Part shown: piece after piece, positions 38,145 to 50,543 of the stretch
Layout of the letters: the number at the start of each line of letters is the position of its first letter
Position numbering within the stretch: position 1 is the first letter of the stretch
From: Octopus sinensis
Taxonomy: Eukaryota
NCBI RefSeq assembly: GCF_006345805.1
Contig: NC_043005.1
Location: forward strand, 108,500,001-108,564,000
Direction of reading: 5' to 3'
DNA length: 64,000 nt
The notes under the pieces: generated by a model
The model's input: only the letters and a program-made list of their open reading frames with translations
Databases searched by the model: none
Told to the model about the DNA's origin: nothing
Position numbers and translations under genes: made by a program

Positions 38145-39831
38145 CTAGTATTAAAGACCCGTCGTTGCCGGGTCATAGTGCTGGTGCATGTATATATGTG
38201 TACATATTACATGTACTTCTATATACTCTTTTACTCTTTTTACTCTTTTACTTGTTCCAGTCATTTGACTGCAGCCATGCTGGAGCACCGCCTTTAGTCG
38301 AGCAAATCGACCCCGGGATTTATTCTTTGTAAGCCCAATACTTATTCTATCGGTCTCTTTTTGCCGAACCGCTAAGTGACGGGGGACGTAAACACACCAG
38401 CATCGGTTGTCAAGCAATGCTAGGGGGACAAACACAGACACACAAATATATACACACACACACTTATATATATACATATAGACGACAGGCTTCTTTCAGT
38501 TTCCGTCTACCAAATCCACTCACAAGGCATTGGTCGGCCCGGGGCTATAGCAGAAGACACTTGCCCAAGATGCCACGCAGTGGGACTGAACCCGGAACCA
38601 TGTGGTTGGTTAGCAAGCTACTATGTGGTTGGTTGGCAAGATATAACTTTGTATTTTGTATTTTATGTGTAGATGTATATATAGGCGCAGGAGTGGCTGT
38701 GTGGTTAGCAAGCTACTTACCACACAGCCACTCCTGCGCCTATATATACATCTACACATAAAATACAAAATACAAAGTTATATCTTGATGTCGCTAGTGA
38801 TAACAATACTCAAAATATATAACAGACTGGAATTGTTAGCCCGTCTCTTGTAATTTCGATCAATTGTATCTTGTCCTCCCTCTTGAATAGAAGTGGGGCT
38901 ACAATCCAGCCTACCTCTACTTCTGGGGGGACATTTTAAATTTTTATCCTGGACGTCCTACGTCCCAGATATAAAAGTAAAAGTAAAATATTTCCACTTT
39001 GCAAGGTTCGAGTCGAGTACCCCCTTGCACGCTCCGTTGACTCGAACCTTGCTTCTATTGTGGCGAATTTACCGCCTCTGATCAAATACCTTACATAGTC
39101 ACACCAAGACACTTTTCGAAGGTGCTTTCCTCCATGTGTTTTAATTTTTTTTCTCTACATTGTATACTTTAAAGACAATAGACTTTTCTCTAATTTAATT
39201 TTTTATCATCCATCTGGACTATTCCGTTTCTGCATGCTAATTTTATTTTTAATTTATTCCCATTCATGTGAAACCACTTATTCAAGTTCAAGTCATTGAT
39301 GCAATTTTATACCAATTGCTATTTTTACTTTTGTTATGTTACGATTATATTATACTTTAGTTTGATTTTAATTATTACTTACTACATATAATTCAATTGT
39401 TATTATTATTTTTATTGTTAAAGTGAAAGTATCTGACATAAAATAGAGAAACGTTTTTGTTTCACTTTTAACAAGTAATACTGAAATAGTGGAGAAGATA
39501 TGATATTGCTATGGGCTCGCTCTAGGCAAGAAGTTGAAAATTTTTTTGCCCATAAAACTACATGGACATAAGTAAGGCAGGTATAAATTTTGAATGAAAT
39601 TCGTTGTGTAGTTATCACATCTTAGGGAATCGTAGTGGAGAAGATATGATATTGCTGTGGGCTTGCCCTAGGCAAAAAGTTAAAAAAATATTTTGCCGAT
39701 GACACTCCCGGACCCTAAGTAAGGCATGTGTAAAATTTGAATGAAATTGATTGTGTAGTTCTCAAGTTTTAGGGAAACACAAAGACAAACAGACAGACAG
39801 ACACACATTCTCAGTTTTATATATATAAAGA
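38145..39831 (-). mobile_element. Non-autonomous Helitron (inner, inverted, internally deleted copy)
   Basis: 5' A|TCTTTATATATATAAAACTGAG at 39831; 3' hairpin and CTAG|T at 38145; inserted at an A|T site with no TSD. Confidence 0.85.
38224..38740 (-). mobile_element. SINE family A inserted in the inner Helitron, with a rearranged head
   Basis: (ACTCTTTT)n tail at 38224; head CCACTCCTGCGCCT at 38728-38741. Confidence 0.88.
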
Positions 39832-40974
39832 TTATCTGCTAATTAGCTAGCATTAAGTATCTATATGAAGTTTGGCTGTACGTAATATCTGTTTTATCGA
39901 ACAGCCGGTTCTACAGAGTACTGCTGTTGGTTTATTTCTTATACATAAAGGACTAAAGCTTCAACTGCTTACTGCTTTCTGACTCATCGTAAGGTTTGTT
40001 GTTATTATTATTACTGTTTAACTATTGTTATCATGTTTGTTGGTTCCTCGTAAAGGAAACATTGTTGTGTTGCATTTGTTAAATAATTGTAAACTGTAAC
40101 CCTCCCCTTTTGGGAGAAGGAGCTTTGGTTATTATTTAAAAATTGAATTGTGTTTGGGGAAATTGACAATATTTTCACCGTTTACACGGAAGCACTTTTG
40201 TTAGAATGCCTTCGATAGAAGAAAGTCAATAAATGAATTTCGCTGCAGCCGTCGGTCGGCGCCAACTCATTGAAATTAAAATGGAAGAAATACGGATTGA
40301 TCACTGACAAAGACGGTGAATCTAGGAAAACACCACCAAACGAAATAAAAAATTAAATTAAAGAAAAGACTATTGTCTACAAAGTATACAATGTAGAAAA
40401 AAAATGATTTGAACACCTGGAGGAAAGCACCTTCGAAAAGTGTCTTGGTGCGACTATGAAAGATATCTAACCAGAGGCGGTAAATTCGCCACAATAAAAG
40501 CAAGGTTCGAGTCAACGGAGCGTGCAAGGGGGTACTCGACTCGAACCTTGCAAAGTGGAAATATCTTATCTTTACCTTTATATCTGGGACGTAGGACGTC
40601 CTGGATAAAAATTTAAAATGTCCCTCCAGAAGTAGAGGTAGGCTGGATTGTAGCCCCACTTCTATAATAGAGGGAGGACAAGATACAATTGATCGAAATT
40701 GCAAGAGACGGGCTTACAATTCCAGTCTGCTATATATTTTGAGTATTGTTATCACTAGCGATATCAAGATATCACTTTGTATTTTGTATTTTATGTGTAG
40801 ATGTATATATATAGATGTACATGTAATATATGTACACATATATATACACATATATACATGCACTAGCACTATGACCCGGCAACGACGGGTCATAATGCTA
40901 GTTGTACATATATATATACATATATATATACATGTATGCATACATACATACGCGCGTACTTACGTATGTATAAT

Positions 40975-41193
40975 GGAACTACCCTATTGCAGGGTTAAAT
41001 CCCCTCAATTTTGAGGGGAGAGGACAAATCGATTGCATGGACTCCAGTTCTTGATTAGTACTTTATTTTCTCGACCCTGAAAGGTCTAAAGGCAAAATTG
41101 ACCTCAGTGGGATTTGAACTCGGAACGTAGAGAGTCGGAAGAAATGCCGCTAAGCATTTTGTCCGATGTACCAAAGGTTCTCCCAACTTGCCT
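40975..41193 (-). mobile_element. Old SINE family B
   Basis: AGTACTTTATTTTCTCGACCCTGAAAGG...GGATTTGAACTCGGAACGTA...GCTAAGCATTTTGTCCG. Confidence 0.7.
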
Positions 41194-41196
41194 TAC

Positions 41197-41310
41197 GTAT
41201 GTATGTATGTATGTATGTATGTTTGTATGTACGTACGTATGTATGTATGTATGTATGTATGTATGGATGGATGGATGGATGGATGGATGGATGGATGGAT
41301 GGATGGATGT
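41197..41310. repeat. (GTAT)n switching to (GGAT)n
   Basis: Directly visible. Confidence 0.95.
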
Positions 41311-42315
41311 GTGCATGTATTATACTGACTAATATGATACAGATATTGCACTTTACTAAAATTATTTTTTGCTATGAAACGAACCAGTAGTTTTGAAATA
41401 TTTATGTCTTCTACTGGGAGGCGAGGCTTATAGCAGTCAGTTTTAAACCAAGATGAAGTTAATGTAAATCATAATCTGATCAACGTTAAGGAATTTCCTA
41501 ATTATTTTATGTTACAGAAATCAAAGCGAGAGTGACAAGTAATCAGTTGATTTATATGTTATTAGTCCAAGTGTTTGATATGTTATTTGATAAAATTTTG
41601 TATTTTGCGTTGGAATATATTACCTAGATTTTTGTCACATCGTAGATATATCGTTCTGTCGCTATAACAGTTGATTTGTATAATGAACTTGCTACGTTTT
41701 TTAGATGAGGAAAATTGAGTATTTCGGAGTTTCTGGTGTATAATGGCTCTGATATGAATTGATTCAGTACTTCTGTTCGATGACATACTTAAAGTAGGCA
41801 AACCATCTCCCATCCTAGCCCCCTCCAAAAGTACTAACATGAGCCTCCGCATCAAATGGTGTGAATTATTTTTTTCGTCTTCGTTGTGGTCGTTGTCGTT
41901 GTTGCTGTTGTTGTTCCCTGTCTGTCCTGAATGAGCAAGACTCAGATCGAAGACATTCAAATTCATGGGCAGAAATACGGTGCTCGTAATGACATTTCCT
42001 AATATGTCCTGTTTTAAGATAGCAACGCATGATTTTATGAAAGTGTAGCTTGGGAGATCATATCAGTTAGCAGCTTGAGTTACAATATCATTGCTCTTTC
42101 AAAGTCTAATTGTTTACATTGCTAGACATTTTGGAACCAAAAACAGACAAATGACCCCTTTCCTGTTATTCCCTTAATGTTCATGCATTACCGTGAAAGT
42201 AGCAAATCGGTGTCAAAGTTTCAAATGATGCCATAAGGTATTTTTTCGGCACACTGCCAATTTACCTAGCATCCCCTCCAGATCGAAAAATAAAGTAACA
42301 ATCCAATATTGATAC

Positions 42316-42335
42316 ATTCTTCTTCTTCTTCTTCT

Positions 42336-42369
<34 letters not shown>

Positions 42370-42390
42370 TTTTTTTTTCTTCTTTTTTCT

Positions 42391-42422
<32 letters not shown>

Positions 42423-42508
42423 TTCTTCTTCTTCTTCTTCTTCTTCTTCTTCTTCTTCTCCTCCTCCTCTCTCTCTCTCTCTCTCTCTCTCTCATACACA
42501 CACACACA
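42316..42508. repeat. (CTT)n/(CT)n/(CA)n microsatellite
   Basis: Directly visible. Confidence 0.97.
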
Positions 42509-42642
42509 GCTCGTCAGAAAGGAAAAGAGACTCTGTAGGCGTAATTAAAAATCTTCAGAGTAATTAGAGGGGCCATTCCCAATTAGAAACCTGGGCAGTT
42601 GGAGATTACTATTTTTTGATAATTATTTCTGTGGCTCCAATA

Positions 42643-42859
42643 CAGTGTTTGTTTCTCAACTCCTTTTCACCTATGGACCCTCCTTGCCATTCAATGTTTT
42701 AAAAAGTCCCATTATATCATTATAATTAGATATTATTAGGAATTCTTTTTTAAAAATTGTTAAAATATTTTGTGTGTCTTTGAAGTATAACCAGTTTATT
42801 CTGCATAAATATTAACATGGATTCTCAGGGACTATATGAACCCTGGTTAAGAACCCCTG
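42643..42859. mobile_element. hAT/Charlie-like MITE, decayed
   Basis: Ends CAGTG..TTTCTCAAC and GGTTAAGAACCCCTG; flanks CTCCAATA/CACTAATA (6/8, decayed 8-bp TSD). Confidence 0.55.
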
Positions 42860-42999
42860 CACTAATATTGTGAGACTTGACTCATGGAGACAAAAAGCAC
42901 CCAGAATCACAGAAAACTGGACAACAATAAATCATGATCCATGTTTGGTGTTAATTGCCGTGAAGAAGGGAGGAGTTTAAGGTTTTGATCTGTTATTGT

Positions 43000-43560
43000 T
43001 CATCAAAGAATAGAAGACGAGGAAAGGGAACTTTGATCAAAGTTACATAGAGTGGTAACAGTGTTATAAAGCTGGAGCCTACTGGGGGTTGGGTGGTGAA
43101 GATTTTACACTAGGCTAGACAATAATGAACACCAAGGCTGTCATTGCGACAGAAACATCAAAAGGAAAAAGAACTCACTGACCCATAACGGTGAGAAGGG
43201 AAACGAAGTTGACGTATGCATACAGTAACAACATAAGCGTACCTGTCACTGTGCAGGTAAAAGTATATAAGATAATCAAATCAAGGCTAGAAAACATAAT
43301 GAGAAATAGAATGATAGGGATGTGGCATATAGGGTGAGTTGGAAGTCAGTATCAGAGGTTGTTTAGTCAGATGTTAATGTTATGGTGTGGAGAGGTTCTC
43401 AGATAAGAAAGTAATGCATGTTCCTTTTCATGTCCCGAACCAGGGTTCTGTTAAAGAATAACCCAAACAGCAATGTAGTTATGGAGAGGCCATTCGAATT
43501 ATTGTAGCAGGATATAGACTTCGACCCCAAAAGCATAACTTAAAAGGTGACCTAATTGAA
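43000..43560 (-). pseudogene. Possible CR1-like LINE endonuclease remnant
   Basis: Faint similarity to the APE N-terminus (HYFL..PLHTITLTS..SDTDFQL); many stops. Confidence 0.25.
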
Positions 43561-43726
43561 AGGGTCTCTACCCTCAACTGTATTCTTATTCTATTAGATG
43601 AGCTAATTTAGAGAGTGGGCCCCCACACGGTCACTCATTCTGCAAGAAATAGCAACAGAATGCTCCGCAAATTTCAAGCTCTGATCATAGAGAATGAATC
43701 ATAGATTGTACAATTTCGCTATAGAC

Positions 43727-44126
43727 AGGCGCAGGAGTGGCTGTGTGGTAAGTAGCTTGCTTAGCAACCACATGGTTCCGGGTTCATTCCCACTGTGTGG
43801 AACCTTGGGTAAGTGTCTTCTACTATAGCCTCGGGCCGACCAAAGCCGTGTGAGTGGATTTGGTAGATGGAAACTGAGAGAAGCCCGTCGTATATATGTA
43901 TATATATGTATATGTGTATATGTTTGTGTGTCTGTGTTTGTCCCCCCACCATTGCTTGACAACCGATGCTGGTGTGTTTACGTCCCCGTAACGTAGCGGT
44001 TCAGCAAAAGAGGCTGATAGAATAAGTACAAGGCTTACGAAGAATAAGTCCTGGGGTCGATTTACTCGACTAGAAGGCGGTGCTCCAGCATGGCCGCAGT
44101 CAAATGACTGAAACAAGTAAAAGAGA
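43727..44126 (+). mobile_element. SINE family A, full length
   Basis: Head AGGCGCAGGAGTGGCTGTGTGGTAAG with B-box-like GGTTCATTCCC, internal (TA/TG)n, tail CAAGTAAAAGAG. Confidence 0.93.
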
Positions 44127-45469
44127 GATACACCAAAAAGACAACATGGTCATGAGTGGAAGGCTTTTGGTAATGTGTTTGTTCGGTTCAGGAAAGCAAC
44201 AATAAACAACAACAAGTAAAAACACTGTCTGATGAAGGATGATATATTTCAAATGTTGATCATTTTAACATTCTTTTGCTTTATCTCCATAATTTGCTAA
44301 AATTCTAGTTCTTGTTTGTATAGTTATTGTTGCTGTTGTTGTTATTACCATGGCTGTAGTTGTTGCTGGGTCGATGGTCGATATATGACAAAAACAGAGG
44401 TGTGAAAGTAGACGACACCACAAAACATAAAGGAAATTGAAATGAAAATCAGCTATAACAACAACAAAGATGATAACAATAACAATTGCAACAGCAATGA
44501 CAAGGATGAACGACAATAATCATACTACTACTACTACTACTACTACTAGTAGTAGTAGTAGTAGTTGTTGTTGTAGTAGTAGCAGCGGCAAACCCACCAT
44601 CACTGCAACAACAACAACAACAATAGCAATAAGTAATTATTATTATTCCACATCAATCGTAATGGCACATACCTTTTAAACCATATTTGCACATCTTGGA
44701 ATCTTTGTTTTCCAAGATTTTTCTTTTTTCTTGCATTTTGGGATAACAATTTTTAAAATTCTTTCTGTTTTTTTTTTTTTTTAAATAATGTCTATACAAT
44801 TGTTGATCGTTGATTTTATGTTCTTGTAAAATTTACCTCCATCTAATCTCAATCTGATCAAATTTGATCGATATTTTCTTCAGCAATTATTTTTGTTCAT
44901 ACCTGATGTCTGCCAATCTTTTTCTTATTTGTGTTATTGTTAGAAAGTACACAAAAATTAAATCAATACCACCTTCCCTGAGGGGAGCTCCAAGTGACCA
45001 AGTGGCTCTATAATATTCGAGTGGCCCTATAATATTCAATTCTTGTTGAGATCAATTTGTTTTACTTCCTTCCAGAATCAATAATTGATATACCAGTTAA
45101 ACTCGTAAAATAATCTATTTTTTCTTCATCCTCATTCTCATCCACACATGGGAGCACACTAAGAATATGTATCCTTGTGAGAGTTTCAAAGAGGCTGTGA
45201 CTCACAATATCTTTGACCTTCTAGAAATGGGGAAGGTTTGTGCAAGGTTTTGAAGTTGCTAGATTTGAAATTTCTCTGATAAGACTAAGGTACAACCTGA
45301 GTATGATGGTATACTATCCACGATATTCAACTTCAAAGTGGTAGCGACACAACTCTTTCTATCCCAGGATTTGAATGATTGTATTGCTAGCTGCATACGG
45401 TTTTGAAAATGGTTGTGCTTTAACCCAAATATAATCTCTTGATAACATCTGCTTGTATTATGCTTGTCC

Positions 45470-47200
45470 TATTTAGACCATGCTTCGGACACGAAATCCT
45501 TTTAGTATACAAGTCCATGTGCTATTTGTCTATAGCTAGGAAAATATTTTTAATATAGATCTTCTCAGTGTGACAATGGCAACAAGCTTTGTAGTATCTT
45601 GAAGTGAGGAATGGTTTTCTCAAGAAAGATTTATATTAGTGGAAGATAGTATGAGTTTTTTGCTCTGTGAGTTTCCAGAGAAATTGAGACAGAGATGTAA
45701 ATGTTGCCCTTAATTTCATTTTTTAGATGTATGCTGCTGCTGGTAATGATTGCTTCTACAAGTGTTCGAAGGAGAATTGTGTAATTCCATTCAATATCAA
45801 GTAAGGGTATTTTTGATGCTCAATATATAGCTTTATAAAAGAAATAATATCCTAAGTGGGCAAATAGAGGAAATGTAACAGTTGTGGTGGTTGTTGAAGT
45901 GGGAGCTGCATACATATTATGTTTTCGGTTGTAGTGTATTATTTGGAAAATGATGATCAGTCGGGAACCTTACTTTCAGGACTTTTATTTTCTGTGTGTT
46001 GCAAAGTTTGTTATTGTAAATTAATGGGAAGTGTTGTCTTCTTAGAGCTATAAACGTCTTGGTCGCGAACATGGTAGCATCCAAGATATATGGAAGGATA
46101 AACCAGATTAGTCTTCTCATTGCTTTTACACTGATATAAGGGAAGTTGTTATTCATGTCTGCTACCTTTTTACTGAATCGGCTTCTAGTTATGGAACTGT
46201 TATAGATGGGACTGTCCAGGGTTAGCTCTGAGGCTATCTTACTTAATCCAGTTGCAAAATTCATGATCATGGTCATAGGGTTGTTGGATTTTGGGGGTTT
46301 GGGTGCTGGGGGTATACAGATTATTTTTGCTTAGCTTTCTGTAGTATTTATAATTGTATTTAAATCTAGTTATGGCTAGATACACGGCATGAACGTAGTT
46401 AAATTCAAATCATATTCCTCAATTATTTCTATTAAATCTTTTGTCAATATGTCAAGTTATATGATAATTACTAATCTGCTATCCCTGTGCATATTGGAGC
46501 TATGGGAGAAGCGTTTTCTAATTGCATGAAGGATAAACAAGGATAAATACAAGATCAACTACCTCAGTGTTATAATTGCTCCTCATCACGATGTCCAAAG
46601 ATGGGTTGCATTTTCTAATCAAGTAAGAATCACCATCAAATAATAGAAATTTCCAAGGGAACATTATTATTCTAGTATCTAAGTGACTCGTTGAAATAAT
46701 TTCTCATCAAAAATCCAAACATTTCAGAACAGAATTAGAGGTGATTGGATAAAATTCTAAAATATTGAACTGGGTTAATAAGTAAGAAGTGTTTTCAGTT
46801 TTGAGAAATGACTTCACAATTATAGCAGCGTAGTTACATTGTTCTAGTTTCAATGTAACCTGAATTTTGTGTATAATATTGTCGAAAATACGTTTCCAAA
46901 ATTCTTTCAAGTCTTTTCAGATTCGCTTTCTCCAATCCTTCACATTTTCGGGCTGGAGTAAAAAATAATGGTGGCAACTTTTACTTATATTTGGAGTAAT
47001 TAGTTCTTTAGCTTCTGTGTTAATTGTGTGGTATGCAGTATGTCCATTTTTAATATTTCTAGATCGAACTAGTCTCAGTTTGGATCAAGATAAACAGAGT
47101 TGTGTTGAAGGACGAGAATATTTCAACGATATAGGCTTGTTTTGACTTCAAGTTCCAAATGTACTTGGAAAGTGAAGTAGAAATTATACATCTGAAGTCG
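45470..47200 (-). pseudogene. Degenerate Penelope-like element (RT, linker, GIY-YIG)
   Basis: KRIFDNI...TQFNILEFYPI; SLDIVMRSNYNTEVVDLV (compare FDVTMGSYDGAEVCELV); LIWFILPY...KTFIALRRQHFP; TSLSQFLWKL; CCHCHTEKIYI. Confidence 0.78.
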
Positions 47201-48107
47201 AAGGAGTTGCTATGTTACTTTTACTTGAACATGCATTTAAGTGTTTGATTATTTCTATTACTTCAATTACCAAAGTGGCGATATTACTAGTGCAACAATA
47301 AGTAACTCATCAAAGTTTGAAGTAAAGCAATGACAAAGAGCAAAAGCAACTGATGAAGAAAACTATTTTATATTTATGTTGTAATTTATATGATTTTTAT
47401 GCTAATATAATTATTGAATAAGCTTCTTAACCAATAATCATAAATATAGACAATGGGTTATAAAATAAAGACGTTTCCAAGTGTTAGTATTTTTTATTTA
47501 TTGAACTACTACTACTGTTGCTGCTGCTGCTACTACTACTACTACTCACGTACTTGCCTACTTCTATTTTAACAAATATTAGATTAGTGAATATCATTTA
47601 AAACCTGTCCAGGTGCTCCATGACATCTTGTGAGAAGAAAATAAAAATGAAATTGATTGATTAGAAATGTAACAATAACGTGAGGTCGTGCAGCTAAAAA
47701 GTTCATTTTGCAAACACGTTTCCAGGCTGCATTCACTGCACAGTACTTTGGGCAAGAGTCGTCTCTTATAGTTACAAACTGAATGATATGTGAAAGAAAT
47801 TTAAGAGACTGAAATGTAGTGAAGTTCATCATATGTTCGTGTGTATGTGTAGGAGTGCGTGTAGGAGTGTACATATTTATGTGTGTCAATTGTAAGATGT
47901 AAGATATAAAAGCCTGCTAGTAAACTCCCAAAATAATGCATTACAAAATCACCTATCAAAAGCAATGTAAACCAGTAATTGGTCAATTGCAAATTCGTAT
48001 CCAATGATATTAATGCTGCCACATTATGATATGATGAATAAATACATAAAAATTGAAAAGTCTCCCTACCTATCAACGAAAAATCTCTTTATGTATAAAT
48101 ACGTTCC

Positions 48108-48338
48108 GTGTCGGTGGCACGTAAAAAGCACCAACCGATCGTGGCCGTTGCCAGCCTCGCCTGGCACGTAAAAAGCACCCACTACACTCACGGAGTGGTT
48201 GGCGTTAGGAAGGGCATCCGGCTGTAGAAACACTGTTAGATCAGACTGGAGCCTGGTGCAGCCTCATGGCTTCCCAGACCCCGGTCGAACCGTCCAACCC
48301 ATGCTAGCATGGAAAAAGGACATTAAACGATGATGATG
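48108..48338 (+). mobile_element. SINE family C
   Basis: Duplicated TGGCACGTAAAAAGCACC, TTAGGAAGGGCATCCGGCTGTAGAAAC, and (GAT)n tail. Confidence 0.85.
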
Positions 48339-48937
48339 AATTATATGGTTTAGTGAGGGTTAAGAATAAATTGCTATTTCTTCTGTTGAAGTGCGAAGGT
48401 TTGAATGATTGACATATTTAAGACAAGTCACAGGTCATTGATCCAGATCCTGTGCTGGTGCTTTTCTCGTCCTCTGCCGAAAACAATTTATTGCTCATTT
48501 TACAAGGCAGTTGGTAGTTGAAATAGATATTTAGATAATGGTCAGTATGGCACTTTAGTAAAGATGAGTGGATCTGGTCGAGGAGGAACGAAAATGACAT
48601 CCATACTGTTTGAAAACAATATTTTTCTATATTAACTCTAAGGAAATTAACTCTGAGTGACTCACTGTGAAAGCATTGAAGATTCGCTATGACAACCAAC
48701 ATTATTTCTTCTTTAACTATGAAAACTGAGTCTTTAAGTTTGAAAGCTGAGTCAACAGAACGGTTTAAATGTAAAAGTCTCCGATATCCAAGTGGCGAAA
48801 ACGTGTCAGCAACAGGGCACCCAGCAAAAGGTCTCCCATCATGACCTGGATGCGATACAGCCCCTTGTCTGATAGGGGTTTCTTTTCTGAAGACATATTG
48901 CTGTTCAGCTTTCTTGAGAGTTTCTGTCAGATATCAG

Positions 48938-49338
48938 TTACTCTTTTACTCTTTTACTTGTTCCAGTCATTTGACTGTGGCCATGCTGGAGCACCGCTTT
49001 TAGTCGAGCAAATCGACCCCAGGACTTATTCTTTGTAAGCCCAGTACTTATTCTATCGGTCTCTTTTTGCCGAACCGCTAAGTTACGGGGACGTAAACAC
49101 ACCAGCATCTGTTGATAAACACAGACACACAAACATATACACACACGCACACATGCATCTATATATACATATATACGACAGGCTTCTTTCAGTTTCCGCC
49201 TACCAAATCCACTCACAAGGCTTTGGTCAGCCCTAGGCTATACTAGAAGACACTTGCCCAAGGTGCCACGCAGTGGGACTGAACCCGGAACCATGTAATT
49301 CGTAAGCAAGCTACTTACCACACAGCCACTCCTACGCC
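48938..49338 (-). mobile_element. SINE family A, full length
   Basis: Colinear with the other family A copies. Confidence 0.93.
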
Positions 49339-49559
49339 AATGTTAGTGAGAGATGTTATTCCATTCGTTGCTGAAAACCATTGTTTGTCTTTTCCTTTTG
49401 TTGACCTATATGTTTTGTTTTTGTATGTATTACATTTTTCTAAAAATTCACTTTATTTTAGAGTATCATTATAGTAATACAAGGTACAATTAAACATTTC
49501 TTTGTCATAGAATACATACACTGTTCTAAAGTAGCTAATTAGGTTTTATACTATTGTCT

Positions 49560-50330
49560 GGTGATGGGTGTTTAGAATTTCTATTAGTGTAGAATATATT
49601 TTAGCTTGGCTTTTTATACTGACCGTATTTAACAATGGTTATATTGCTGAGGTTACTCTTGGCAGTATTTTTAGGCAGAATCATCTTAAATGTATTTATT
49701 AAGTTTTTCTTAAATTTATCCTGATTGTGGCCGTTCATGTATAGGGAGATTAGCATTCTTTCATCCTTATGTGTTAGGAGATGAATTTTCTTCGAAGTGA
49801 TTATAGGATTAACAGGCATAACAACTCACACACTTCAAAGAAATAGCAATTTTTGTCTACTAATTAACAGCAATTCACCATAAACAATGTGATAGAAAAA
49901 GAAAATTTGGAATGGTTTGATGTGGAATGAAAGTTGGGATATAAATTTCAAGTTTTCAGTAGAGTGGCATGGTCAATAGTCGAGGGTGAATTCCTGAAGT
50001 CAACCAGAAAAGAAATATTTAAGTATTTATTTTTTTGCCTCATACTTGGACTTGAGAAAAGAGTCCTATTAATTGTAAGGATAGGCCTTCAGAAAATGGC
50101 GATATTGGCTTGTTTAATGCTTAGTAGAGTTGGTAGTAGAGTTGTACCTTGGAGCATGCTACACCTTCAGAAATAGATGAGATTATTAGAGTTAATATTT
50201 CTCTTAAACAACTGCGAACAGGCAGATGCATTAAAACCATGGATGATGATAGCCAAACTAAATATGTTAACATTTATTAGGTATATTATTACAATTGTAA
50301 TATAATTCTTTGGCTGGTGGATTTCTAACA
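49560..50330 (-). pseudogene. Penelope-like RT remnant
   Basis: NGHNQDKFKKNLINTFK...KSNLSNI resembles the PLE segment after YRDD; ISFLVDFRNSPS resembles the FDIVDFYPS motif. Confidence 0.5.
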
Positions 50331-50543
50331 GGAGTTACTAAATGTTTAATCCGTAGGTGGAATATCAAAAGCAAATAAGACCAACAGCCCCATTACTAGT
50401 TATATCATTGACAAATAAAATTTTCAATGCCAACTAACAAAGCTTGAAATAACTAGTATTATATATATATTTATCTGTGTGTGTGTGTGTTTACGCATAT
50501 AATTTAGTTTCTTCTGAAAGACTTCATAAAATTTCGATATTTA

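Larger units (their letters stand above)
37491..40901 (+). mobile_element. Non-autonomous Helitron (outer copy: 37491-38144 plus 39832-40901)
   Basis: 5' TCTCTATATATAAAACTGAG; 3' hairpin ATGACCCG-GCAACGA-CGGGTCAT then AATGCTAG|T; colinear with 50544-52070 once the insert is removed. Confidence 0.85.

Noticed and set aside
43727-43800. tRNA-like sequence with A/B boxes (also other SINE heads)
   Set aside because: It continues into a multi-copy SINE body and has no complete cloverleaf or acceptor stem.
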